Made by a program: the position numbers and the translations under genes
Shown: piece by piece, positions 25,401 to 36,991 of the stretch
Layout: each line of letters begins with the position of its first letter
Numbering within the stretch: the stretch's first letter is position 1
DNA from: Takakia lepidozioides
Taxonomy: Eukaryota > Plantae > Bryophyta
NCBI GenBank assembly: GCA_030704615.1
Contig: CM060732.1
Location: 69,750,001 to 69,814,000 of the forward strand
DNA: 64,000 nucleotides
Reading direction: 5' to 3'
Notes under the pieces: generated by a model
Told to the model about the DNA's origin: nothing
Database searches by the model: none
What the model saw: the letters and a program-made list of their open reading frames with translations, nothing else

Positions 25401-28400
25401 GTCTCGCTGTCCCGTGCATTCCAGGGGAGTGTACTTCCCCGTCCTGGCCAACGATGAATTTTGTTGTTTAACAACACGATAAATACAAAGAGAAAAATTT
25501 GAAAGTGCTTTATGTCTAATAGACCGCGCAAAGAATCTCATATCTTACTTGCCACTTTTAACCCTTAACTTCTTACATGGTTCATTTTTTGACACCTAGA
25601 ACTTATTACCCATGCCCAATAAAATGAGACTAACTACCTATCAAAAATCATCCAGAAAAATGAACCTTACACGTAGGTGCGCACCTAGCAGCATGCACTC
25701 ACCAAAAATGAACTTGTTTCACAGTGAAATGTGGGAGATTATATGGTTTTAGAGAGGATGAATTTTTTTATTTGTTTTTGAAACATGGTTTTTTAGCCTT
25801 GACCAACTAATTTGAGAGGTTTTTAGAGTTTTGTGGAGTGTTTATTCCACACATTCCTAATCTGTGGTAGGAATGACATGTCCATGCAAAAAAAATGAGG
25901 GGCAAATGTTAGGCTTCGGGGGGTTCAAACTACCTTCATTATAAAGATTTTGAATTTTGAATTTGGCCTCCACAAGATGCTATGAAATATTGCTCAAATT
26001 CCAAATCCCTCTGGTGAGGGAGTGACTCTCTTCACACCTATACCCTGGTCCAAATTATGCCCACATCCAATGGTAGAAATTATAAAAATTGACCTCCCAA
26101 TGGCCTGAAGTGCTGTCCAATCAGAGATGGCCACGTAGCAATCAACTCTGCGTGGCCCCCTTCCATGCAAGAGCACATCTGACCCTCTGGTTTTTGGAAA
26201 TTTCTAGACGTGGCAAACTTTCTCCAAATGGCATACTGCCACTTGGAGACGACCTGCCATTGGTGGAACAGAAGATAAAGATAAAGTACATTCAGCACAC
26301 ATACAGCTGGGGACCAAACTTGAGATCAGTGATGCACAAATTCGACAACTCTATTCTTCATATATGGACAATACATGAAAAACCAAAGACACAATATTGG
26401 CCAACACTATACGTCATTGCTACAGAGCCTACCTCCAAAAGAAGATAGTACTCATAAGGAGAAGAGGCTCTGAAGTTTGGATCATTTCCCTGAGTTTGAA
26501 TCCAGTTTGAATTTGTTTGCATAAGAGTGATACATGAGAAGAGAAGAGTCGTATTAAAAATATCAATGATGTCCATTGTCCGGCATTCAATGGTACACAT
26601 ATCAGATTCTTGGGGAAAACAATATTAGGAATAATGTAAGAACTTAACTCCTAAACGTCCACGGGTCCGTTGACTTTTCCCAAAAAACGACCCCCGCCCA
26701 GTAAAAATCGCGTAATTTGTGGAAAAGCGTGAATCTCAAAAAATTTGCATATGGAGCCACCATCCCTGGCAGGCCCTGGCCAAATTTTGGGCCAATCAGA
26801 TAAGTCCTGCGAGAACCCCATCGTTAGAAATGGGGCCCAATTTTTGGGATTTTTCAAAAAAAAATTGTTTTTTTGGATTTTGCAATTGGGGACGGCATTG
26901 CATGGGACTGAAATTGCCAATGGTTGATCCCCACGTCCCCCTTGTTCCAACAAGCCCAAGATGACCAAAAGTGGAGCCCATTACATCAGCCAACACTTGG
27001 TCAAAGCAGGGGGGTATGGAATGTTCATTTGAAGGCTATGCACATGTTATTGTTTTGCAGCATCTGAACTATCCAGCTAGTCCTCTCTTTCTCTCCTTTT
27101 CATCCACACATATACATGAAATGCACGGGTGGGGTTTGAACCCACTTACCTGCCCCTTTCGCTGCCCATACGTGCACACAAGCGGGGAGTTAGTCTTGAT
27201 TCCCCCCTTGTCTAGTACACTACCGCTCCACCACCCCCAATTCCTCAAGGCTTTGGCTATGACCAGCCAAATCACGGTGCTCAACCTAAGAGCTTCTCAA
27301 CGAGTAGGAGGCAGGGGGTTGGTCATGTGCTTCCCCTTCAAAATTACTTGTAGGACTGGAATTGGACTACCCCAGTGATCTTGCCAGAATTATGAGCCTC
27401 ATGGTGGCTACTTGCAGAGGACACAACAAAGTCGAGCCACACCGACTCCCTCAGCAGGTCACTGATGTCGGAAGAGAACCCAATAGGATGGCCCTTCTCC
27501 TTCCCCTTCCGTTCAACCTATCCGAGCACTTCTGCAACTACTTAGCGACGCCACAAATAGCGGATGTCATGGTTTTAGTCATGGTTATCTAGAATTACCT
27601 ACTTTTAGTTAACTATGACATTTTAGATATTTATATTTATATTTTGTGTGTTGGGACTTCATTTGGTCTCACATGCCAAGTGAGGTGTCGAGCCTCACTT
27701 GGAACATGGGGATAGGTTTTCCCCTTGTGATGATGGAGGAGGCTCATCTTCTTGTAGTTGAGCCTCCATGAGCGTCTCTCACCTCCATAGCTCTAGGTAT
27801 TGAGAGGGAGTGTGGTGAGGGCTTTGTAGGGTGGATTCCTTTAGCAAGGGTGCCCTTGGCTTGACTTAGTTTATATGATTGAGTGGTCCATTATGTTCAC
27901 TTTCATTATCACTACAAGAAGATCACCTTATGCTTGTGAGTGCGGGCATTTGTGTTGGTGTACACCAAGGAGTGAGAGAGCTAGGGAAAGCTCAGATATC
28001 TCACAAGGCTTGCAAGGTATTAAAAATGAGAGTGTTTTTGCATTGCATCAAGGAGGTGGAGAGCTCTTGAGTTATAAGACTTTGCAAGTATTGCAAGGAG
28101 AAAGCATTATGTGCGCGGAACCAAAATGTTTGAAAGTTTGAGATGAGAGCTAGAAAAAGGAGCGTCATCTCTTGTATCTCAAGTGTTATGACAACCATTT
28201 GCCAAGGAAGTTGCTTGTATGGTGAGAAGAATCATGCATTGAGGGTTTGCGGAAGCCTTATTACACATTAGGGTTTCAAAACTTGGAAAGGGAGCTTTTA
28301 CATCACAAGAGGATCGTCTTGTGCATGGAAAGCATAGACGCTAGGGTTTCATGAGCTTTGCAAAACATTATGGAGTGAAGGCGTGCATGTGATGACATGT

Positions 28401-29229
28401 GGATAGCCACCAAGAGGCTATGGAGTGCTTACTCTTGCTCTAGTGAAGCTAGGTTCAAGGTTTCTCTGGTGTGGAAGAAGAGCCAAGGAGCGGCGCGAGC
28501 TTGGGCTTGAAGCACAATGAAGTAAAATGGCTGATTTCCTTTGTGAGAAGGGAGTGCATGTGTGGAGCATGCTTTCAACCCATTTGAGGCTTGTATTTTC
28601 AAGCTATGAAGAGCAAGAAAAGAAGGGAGAGAGCTGGTTTCCACTTAGGTGAAAGAAAAGCACTTATGGAGCATGCTCTCTAGTCGGGGTTTGCAACTTC
28701 AAGCTCTAGGAGAGCTAGGAGAGTGAAGGGAAGGAACGGATTATCTTATGTGTGAAGATACGCATGTATAGAGCATGCTTTTGGCTTGAGCTTTGCAATT
28801 CCAAGCTTGAGAGGAGTGGCTCTTGAGCTAGCAAGTGAAAGGAGCTTGAATGACCAAGGCTTGAGAGGAGATAAGGTTTGGTGGCTTGCTAAATGAGGTA
28901 AAAAGCTTTGTTCTTGAGTTCCAAAGAGATATGAAGTTTGTTGTGTGACAAATGCATTGCTAGATGAGTTGGAACCAAGCTTGGTTGTAGCTTGAGATGA
29001 AGAAGAGCAAGGGAGTTTGCTTTGGTATCTCATAGAAGTCATGGATGCTTGAGGAGATCAAGCATGAAGCTCAAGGAAGCACAAACCCTAGCATGAGATG
29101 AGATGCACATGAAACCCTAGGTTCATGGGAACAGTCACCAAAGTCTAGGAACGGTCACCGTAGTCTGGGAACCGTCACTGTAGGCTGGGAACATAGTGAC
29201 ATGTAAAGACAATATAAGGCTTTTTGGAA

Positions 29230-29790
29230 GATTTTCAAGGGCCTTTGGAGGATTGTTTGGGGGATCTTTGGAGCCCTTTGAGGAGCTTTTGGAAGACACT
29301 TTGAGGAGCTTTTGTAAGCCACTTTGAAGAGCTCTTGAATGGGTGTTTGGATGACTGTTTGGAGGACTATTTGGGGTCCTTGAAGGCCAAGTTTTGGCAA
29401 GTTTTTGGAGCCTTTGGAGGGCTATGTGGAGGACAATTTGGGGTCTTTGAAGGCCAATATTTGACAAGTTTTTGGAGCCTTTGGAGGGCTATTTCGAGGA
29501 CTATTTGGGGTCCTTGAAGGCCAAGTTTTGGCAAGTTTTTGGAGCCTTTGGAGGGCTATGTGGAGGACCATTTGGGGTCTTTGAATGCCAATATTTGGCA
29601 AGTTTTTGGAGCCTTTGGAGGGCTATTTGGAGGGCTGTTTGGGGTCCTTGGAGGCCAATATTTGGTGAGCTTGAGAAGTCCTTGGCGACTTGTTGAAGGA
29701 CTATTTGAAGTCTTTGAGGGCCAAGACTTTGCAGGCTCTTGGGGCTTTGGTGGACTGTTTGGAGTCCAATGGTGCAAGCTTTGGGAGCCT
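29230..29790. repeat. 67-bp tandem repeat with alternating A/B variants (134-bp higher-order unit)
   Basis: gaggac.atttggggtc.ttgaa.gccaa..tttg.caagtttttggagcctttggagggctat at 29362, 29429, 29496, 29563, 29630, with degenerate flanking copies. Confidence 0.9.
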
Positions 29791-30458
29791 TAGTAAGATT
29801 GTTTGATAAACATCTTGAGAGCTCTTAGAGAGTTGTTTGAGAGATCATTGAAAGATAGTCTTGTCTATTGATTAAGCAAGAGAGTGTGGAGATAGGGTAG
29901 TAGGATGAGAGCATGTTGTTATAGGAATTGCTTTAGTCTCTCTTCCTTGTAGTCTTCCACCCTCTCTGTAGGCCAAAACCTTTCCGTAGGTGGAGGCAAG
30001 AGTCAGTCCGGGTTTGGGCTGGGATGTCTTGCAAGAGCGACACTGTGGAGTGTTTTTGGTGTGGGGGAGTTACTGTTTGATTTTATTGTGTTTGGATCCC
30101 CTCCATACCTGCATGCTTGACTGTGCGTCATGTCGGTTTTATGTGGGCGCTTGTTTTCATAGGAGGTTGGTCCAAATTTGATCACCGGCCAATCCTAGAA
30201 CGTGCTATCGGTGGTGAGGCTGGGGTGATGACTAGTCAGACCATCATTGTTTCTCTTATGGTGAGGCTGGGTTGATGACCAGCAGACCATAGGAGTGCTT
30301 GCGGTGGATGCAGGTGTAGATACAGGTCTACGTTAGAAACCTAGTATTGATCCTGCTTGAACCACCAGCCGCAACAGGTTCTCTGCCCGGTTACCTTGTG
30401 GAAAGGGGGATTATAGACAGGTTTACAACAAGTGTGGTTGTAAGTTTTCATCACGGAG

Positions 30459-31190
30459 GTGCCACTAGTTGCTGAGGGAAGTGTCGGTACGAGCACTAGC
30501 GATACTAGTGGGTACACGAGACGAGGTGTGCGGTTTAGGCCACCTTCACCATCAGTATCTTCTGAGGAAGGTTCAGACTCGGAGTCAGGAGGATTCTCGC
30601 CGAGGGCGCAAGCCATTTCCTTGCCATTGTTGTGGGACACGATGGAGGAAATGTATGGAGCTACCAAGGGTCCACATTGGTACTATAGAGCTGTGGGCAC
30701 CATCGAGCTTGATGATTTCATACAGGAGTTTGATAGTTGGTGTGATTTGTAGCAGATGCGCAATCCATAACTGTTTACGCCTTTTATAGCATGGAAGGGG
30801 CTGTTTCAGCACCTTGAGGGGCCGCCCATGGACAATTATCATGAGTTTGGGCGGGGACATAAGATAGAGATTGAGGAATGGCGAGAGTATTGGTCACTTG
30901 ACTATGTCTCCATCACCAGAGGCACAAGAGCAGCGGCGACACCAGCAACTACACCAACATTCGCAACTGCAAGTACTAGTAGTGGAACAAGTGGTACAGG
31001 AGCTGGGAAATCCACTCAAGCTCCTGCTGCAGCACCAGCACCCGTGCCTGCCTTTAACCCAGTTGTGGAGTTCTTCGAGGAGTTGAGGAGAAACTATCAG
31101 GGGATAAGGACAGAGAAGTTGCAACGGAGGCCTACTGAGAATTTGAGGGAGGCTTACACGTGCATGAGGCGGAGGTTAGCTATTTCATGA
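30459..31190 (+). pseudogene. Retrotransposon Gag-like pseudogene, 3'-truncated
   Basis: One frame with two in-frame stops: ...LDDFIQEFDSWCDL*QMRNP*LFTPFIAWKGLFQHLEGPPMDNY...FNPVVEFFEELRRNYQG...ENLREAYT.MRR, resembling a Ty3/gypsy capsid-like region. Confidence 0.55.
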
Positions 31191-31552
31191 GCATGAGCGG
31201 CATGAGCGGAGTAATAAGACAATCGGTTTTCATCAGCAGAACTACAAATTTTGAAAATAAAAAACAATAAAAAACATTAATTTAATGCAATGTGTCAGGA
31301 AAAACAAATATATTATTCGGCCCCTTGAAGGGAAAATTGTAGTTTTGACAGTTATGCTCATGATATTTCGTCTTCCGCTCATGCCAATTCCCAGCGACAT
31401 GTGCAATATGGCGCCGAATTTCGCGGTAATAGGGTCCGTAACCTGAAAAAACGGCGACGTATTTCGCGGTAATAGGTCTCTCTAGCGAAAAATGGTGCCG
31501 AATTCCGCGGCTATAGGTCCCCTCATGACAGGTAATTCGGCGCCATTTTTGT

Positions 31553-32332
31553 TCCCCTCGCCAATTTGTGACAATGGGAACCAACGTGTATTCGGGTGAG
31601 GTCAGGGGGGCAACACATAGAACTGCTTGGCATTACAAACAGACATGCAGTGTGGTGGTTCTTTGCAATGCGCACACTTAAATGTGGAGTTCGGAACCTT
31701 CTCCTGAGATCGAAATGGTTGATGAGCTGTGCCTATCCAATCGGTCTCGTTCCTGTGACCTCTGGATTTAAAGTGGAAGCAAGTTGGGGAGAAACACCGC
31801 AACACGCCCGCACAAACAACGTAACGCACCGGAAACCATCGAGCATCTTCATGCTGGTGGTTTTGGTAACGCACCAAGGATGACCGTCATGTTTTCTATC
31901 CATATCTGTCAACATTCCGGACGCCCTCGAGTAGTCCGCCCGAGGAGGGAACTCAAAGAAGATATTACCGTCGACGTCGGCGGGAAGGCATGTAACCGAT
32001 TTAATTGCGAACTTGCTGTAGTCCAGCCCGGCCAGCTCCGACCGGTGTCCCTCCAGGTGAAGCCCTCGCAAAAATTCAAGAATAGATCGAACTGCGGTGC
32101 TCGTGCTGGGAATATGACTCCCTCCTCCACTAACGTCCATTGAGGACTTGCCTGATCTCCAGGACGATCTCGGAACTTCCATGACCGCGTCTGAGTCGGA
32201 CAGGTTGTGAACAACCCGGTTCTCGCTCGTCTTCCCCAGGGTGAGTCCTATGCCACCCCCACTAAGTCCCGCTAAGCTACCACCACCCCTTGTGGAGCCA
32301 CCCCCACCGCAACCCGGTGTGCGGGGCTCCAC
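31553..32332 (-). pseudogene. WRKY-GCM1-superfamily (GCM-like) zinc-finger DNA-binding domain of Mutator-type transposase ancestry, frameshifted
   Basis: Joined frames: DGHPWCVTKTTSMK../RYVVCAGVLRCFSPTC...FKCAHCKEPPHCMSVCNAKQFYVLP/PDLTRIHVGSHCH. The W..T.T, C-x-G-V-L-x-C-x4-C, C-x2-C and terminal H-x-H pattern parallels GCM. Confidence 0.55.
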
Positions 32333-33431
32333 CTACAGGGATGCCTCGGCGTGAGCCTGGTCACGTGAGCGCATGAGCGCAACTGCGCTCACGCCACGTC
32401 ACCTGTGCAAATGCCACGTCACGAGGCTCACTCCACGTCATCACACGTGAAGGCCGCGTCACCACGCGCCCAGAAAGAAGTGGAGTGTATTCCGCGGATT
32501 GGCACCCTTTACCGCGGAAACAAGCTGGACGACATAATAAAAGGCATTGAATAAAGGATGGATGAATGTACAGTTGGATGATAAACAGATGGATGAGTGT
32601 GAAAAATGAATGTAGATGGATGAATGAGGGATGGATAAGAGTAAAATGGATGATTGTATAATGGATGTTGAGCAATGACAAAAATTCATGACAGGAAGAT
32701 GCATGACCAAATCTTTTGACGAATGCACAACGTATATGAAATGAGTGTGAAAGGTTTGTGGGGTGGATTAAAGAGTACAGAGGATGAATGTACAATGGAT
32801 GTTGTACAAAGGAAAAAATTCATGAATGGAGCACGCATGAATACAGTGTAGATGAACAATGGATATGAAAGAGTCAGGGAGGTTTGTGAGATGGATTCAT
32901 ACATATTGCAATTTAAATGAAAGTTGATTCTGTGATTATTATTTGTTCTAAAGGAACAACTACGGTGGAGGAAGGGGATTCAACGTTTTCCAAATAATAT
33001 GAAAATGAATATTAAAAGAATACAGTTCAGTCTGACTCAGAGTCAGTACAATGTATCCCCGCTTCCTCTGCATCTAAGTCTAAGTATTTTAGAACACCGG
33101 ATCCACGCTGGATACACCTACGGCTGGCCACTAAAAAGTCAGGGGATAGGGACTCGGCCGCGTGAAGTGTCATTGCTTCGGCATAAACAGGAAGCAGAAA
33201 ATTGGAAAGGGGGCTGTCGAAAACAGACTCGCCAGAAATGACTGTATCTCCTGAAGATCCACCGCTGCCTTTCTTGAAAGACAGCCTGAAAAAGTTATTA
33301 CTGTAACTTTGATGTTATTGAGAAATTGAGTATGACTCCCAAAGAGGGTTTAGCACTTACTCACATGAAAAGTCGTTGTCGACCTGCTTATCTTCGGGAT
33401 CGTCATCATTTCGAATTTGAATCCGATCAGT

Positions 33432-34956
33432 CTATGTGCCTGAAGTGGAGCCAGACAAAAGGGGGAGGAGTACTGTGTTGTAGAGGTCAGAATCACCCTC
33501 CATGCCAAAAAGGCTTCTTCCGCCTGCCTTGCATGCATGGTAAGTTGCTCCTGCACCAGACAGGAGAACATGAACAGTTTGGAGAGGGGGATTTAAGCAG
33601 ATAAAACTGTTGAAAGAAAACCAATTCGGAAGGGAAAAAACGAACCTGTGGACACAGAAAGATCGACCACCCTGCAGAGCGGTGGCTGCATGACTCCAGC
33701 AGTATTTGCATGAACGCTGGGGACTTTTCCTTTGCACCTCTCCAGGGAGTGCCATCTGGTCCTTCAGAGTCTGACTGGACTGCATGAAGTTGTACAAAAT
33801 GTCATCGACATGGGGCTCATAGGGGGGGTTGACGAAACAACCCTGGTCAGAAATCTCAAAGCTGCGGATGGAGGATGGTGTCTTTGGTGCGAATCCTCCG
33901 CAGGCAGATCGCCTCGAACATCCTCGTCTGCCAAAGATAGCAGGTTAGTGTGGTAAACACAATCTATAGTGGAAGTGTGTACATCGGCTATTCAGAACTC
34001 AGACACAAAAAAATCATGAATCGGTGATGATCGGTGTCGATCATAACACATTCTACTAGAGTGGAGCTGCAGAGAAAATTGAAACTCATGATCAAAGCAC
34101 AAGCAGAAGGGAGACGGCATACCAGCTGACCAGGGAAACCCCCTTTCACAAGGTAGAGGCTGTTCACACAATTCCATGTGCGCAAAACTTCAAACCCTGA
34201 AGACTTGAGGTATGATGCCAATGCCCGACGACTATCATTGTCACATGACTGAAAAAGCAGAAGTGTCCCTGCATCAGAGAGGAAGTTGTTAAAGAACCCG
34301 AACACCCAACTCCAGGTCAGTAGTTGTCCTCGAATTTGTTCCAGCCTGGCGTCTTGCCCTTTGAAAATCTGGCACAGCCTGGCCATCCGGGATGTCGAGA
34401 ATGACAATGTCGGCCGCATAAGTTTTCTGCACACCGCACACGAAGGTGGACCTGTGCTCACCTGCAACAGACATGTTTTTTATAAGAACGATGGCAAGAT
34501 TGTTTTCAAAGAACGAGACTGAAATACTGCCAACTAAAACTTTCAGAGAAAAAGGAAAGAAACTGGAATTCTCACCAGATTGAGGAATGAGATTATTGTC
34601 CCAGGTAGGGATGGCACCCTAGTGTATCCTCTCTTTCGACTCTGCATCATCGAAAGCCAACCCTGATTCACAATTTTCATCTCTCTTGCCGAATCAGAAC
34701 GGGAAGGGTGTGGCTTGGCATCGAACACACACTGAAGAGTGCGGGTATATCTTTCAGCAGTAAAGTCCTGCCCACTCTCCATCTCTTTTTCATCTCCTTC
34801 CCCTTGTCTTTTCCTTCTCTTTGGACTTGTCTTTGTCCTTTGGCTTTGCTGGTGAGATGGCTATGACATCAACAGCCTTGTCTTTTGGTTTGCGGCCCGC
34901 CTTCTTTCCCTTCTACGGCGTTCCCTGAGCATCAGGCTCCTTGGCAGCCAATGTTG
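33432..34956 (-). pseudogene. Intron-containing beta-class N4-cytosine/N6-adenine DNA methyltransferase-like gene (exons ~34956-34576, 34461-34123, 33927-33646, 33550-33432), multiple frameshifts and one stop
   Basis: ADIVILDIPDG (motif IV, DPPY-like, 34396-34382), P.WN, FLSDAGTLLLF (motif VI-like), GFEVLRTW, PWRGAKEKSPAFMQILLESCS (motif X, QKP..LL..LI-like), VVDLSVSTG|ATYHACKAGGRSLFGMEGDSDLY (motifs I-II, VLDPFxGSG.T..A....GR...G.E.D). The order catalytic, then SAM-binding, is that of the beta class. Introns are GT-AG. Confidence 0.7.
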
Positions 34957-35162
34957 CTATGGATTAGGGTGTATTTACAGTATCATTGAATGGAATGTTT
35001 TGAATGGCGTTGACGACATTCATATCTGGAGCAGTAGTGTGGTCCTGAAAGGTCCTTGGAGCAGTTCTCAGAGCCATTTCAATCTATGTTTTTTTCATTC
35101 TGTTCTACTTGCATCTTACTCACTGAGCGCTTTTGTGGGTTGGGATTTATCTCCTTTTTCAG

Positions 35163-35505
35163 GTACACGAAATATGTGCTTATGGAAGAAATCACCTGAG
35201 TGGAATTCCCGACTATCTTGACATGTGGTCGGACCCTGCAAACGATCCAACCATGTATATTGCAGGGATATTGAAGGGCTGGAGTCCTTCTCACTTCAGA
35301 GACTGTGGGTGGTACCTTGACTGCCCACCTGAGCACACAACCTTTCAAGAACAGCATATGAAATACTTGAACAATAACGCGGAGATGCTGGCGCCTTTGA
35401 CCCGTGGATAGGTTGCGTAGAGTTGAGGCTTTCATGGATGTGTATGCCTCTGAATCACAGGCTTATGACACGGATGATGAAGTATCAGCTGATGATGTTA
35501 TGTAG
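35163..35505 (+). pseudogene. Terminal exon-like fragment of an unidentified gene with an acidic tail
   Basis: ttttcag acceptor, then MWSDPANDPTMYIAGILKGWSPSHFRDCGWYLDCPPEH... and, after a frameshift, FMDVYASESQAYDTDDEVSADDVM*. Confidence 0.3.
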
Positions 35506-36991
35506 GTAATAGAAATTACATATACAATACATTGTCCTCATTGTCAGTCCGATTTTTTGTTTTTTTATATGATACATGTATTTCTCTCTAGTGTAAGGTA
35601 AAACAAATGGGGCAAATGACATGGTGTTGAAATCAAGTTTCATGTTATCTTCATGTCATTTGATTTATCTATGTAATAGTTTGTACATAGATCTCTACTG
35701 CATTTCATAGATCCCTTTACCTGAATGCATGTTCGACATGCACTTCAGCACTATCAAATTTCATCATTAGTAAGATCAACCCTTATGAGTATTGTGGCAT
35801 GTTATGTACACACAGGGTGACTATCTTTATCTCATTAGTGTTTCATTTCATTAGTGTTCAAGTCTGAATGGAGTGTGGTATGAACTAGGCTTGATACCGA
35901 TAGGTTGTGGGTTCTATCTCTGATGGACATTATGTTTTTGTAAAATTAAAAATGTTTCAGAAGATAGATATAGATACTTGCAAAACCTATGTAACAAGAT
36001 TAAATGGGTGGTGGTTTGGTAAGGATTTTTTGTGTTTTTAGTTATGAGATTGCGGGTTCGATTACCAATCAATAGTCTTTTTTTATAAAATTGAATTCCC
36101 TTGCGGGCCATCGCCATTTACTACCCAAATGCGCAGGCGGACCATCTCCATCATTGTCAAGCTCCCTAGCATTCCCTTAGCATTGCTCCATTATGAACTC
36201 AACTAGACTCCCACCATTGGAAGAGCTCGTACCTTCACCATTTGTATCTAAAAAGGAACCGTGCCTCGTCATTTTTTAATTTTTCGCCCTTTTTTCTCAT
36301 GTTGGAAAGCCATAAAAGCAACATGTTCCTCTCCCATTCCTACACTCACCCATGTGGAATAATAATACAATGAATATGGAATATTCTATATAGAATATTC
36401 GTATTCCATCCTTTGATATTTTGACTATGGACCCTAAGATTAGATGAATCACAATTATTTATTTATTTTTGGGTACCCTTATTTAAGTGTTGTGCATATA
36501 AAATTGTTCCTATGCATATCTAAAATTTGTATGCACGCATACATTCCTCCATATGCATGCATTTGTGTGCGCATATAGTATAGGCTACCTCGAGAGAAAG
36601 ATATGAAGTAAAAGGAACCCTAATTGCCAAAAACACCTTGAGCGATTGGGGAAGGTAACACTGCGCCATCACCACCAACACGCCACCAACACGCCACCTC
36701 CAGCACAGCTAAGGAGAAGCGAAGCATACAAATGCTATGTCTAAGAAGGGAGAGGGAGCGATATACTTCCCCACCAAAGCGCCGTTGCGAAACATAAAAG
36801 CCAGAGGAGGGAAAGGGATGATGCCATCAAAGCAGGTTCTCCCGCCTGTGAGAAGAGACAAGACGCCGCCATTGTGCATCCCCAGGAGCTTGTCCGACAT
36901 GAAGCAGCAGACAGGGTAGCAGCAGGGCTCAAACGCCATAACTCGCGAGCTCAGCAGCACGAGAAATGCAGCTGACAGCGGGAGAGACACC

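Larger units (their letters stand above)
27565..31190 (+). mobile_element. LTR-retrotransposon remnant: LTR/5'UTR-like region followed by a truncated gag
   Basis: Begins TGTCA, followed by a long purine-rich noncoding tract with internal tandem repeats, then a gag-like frame. No second LTR or canonical PBS was found, so boundaries are approximate. Confidence 0.5.

Noticed and set aside
36005-36070. tRNA-like B-box GCGGGTTCGATTACC
   Set aside because: Too degenerate; no cloverleaf or element boundaries
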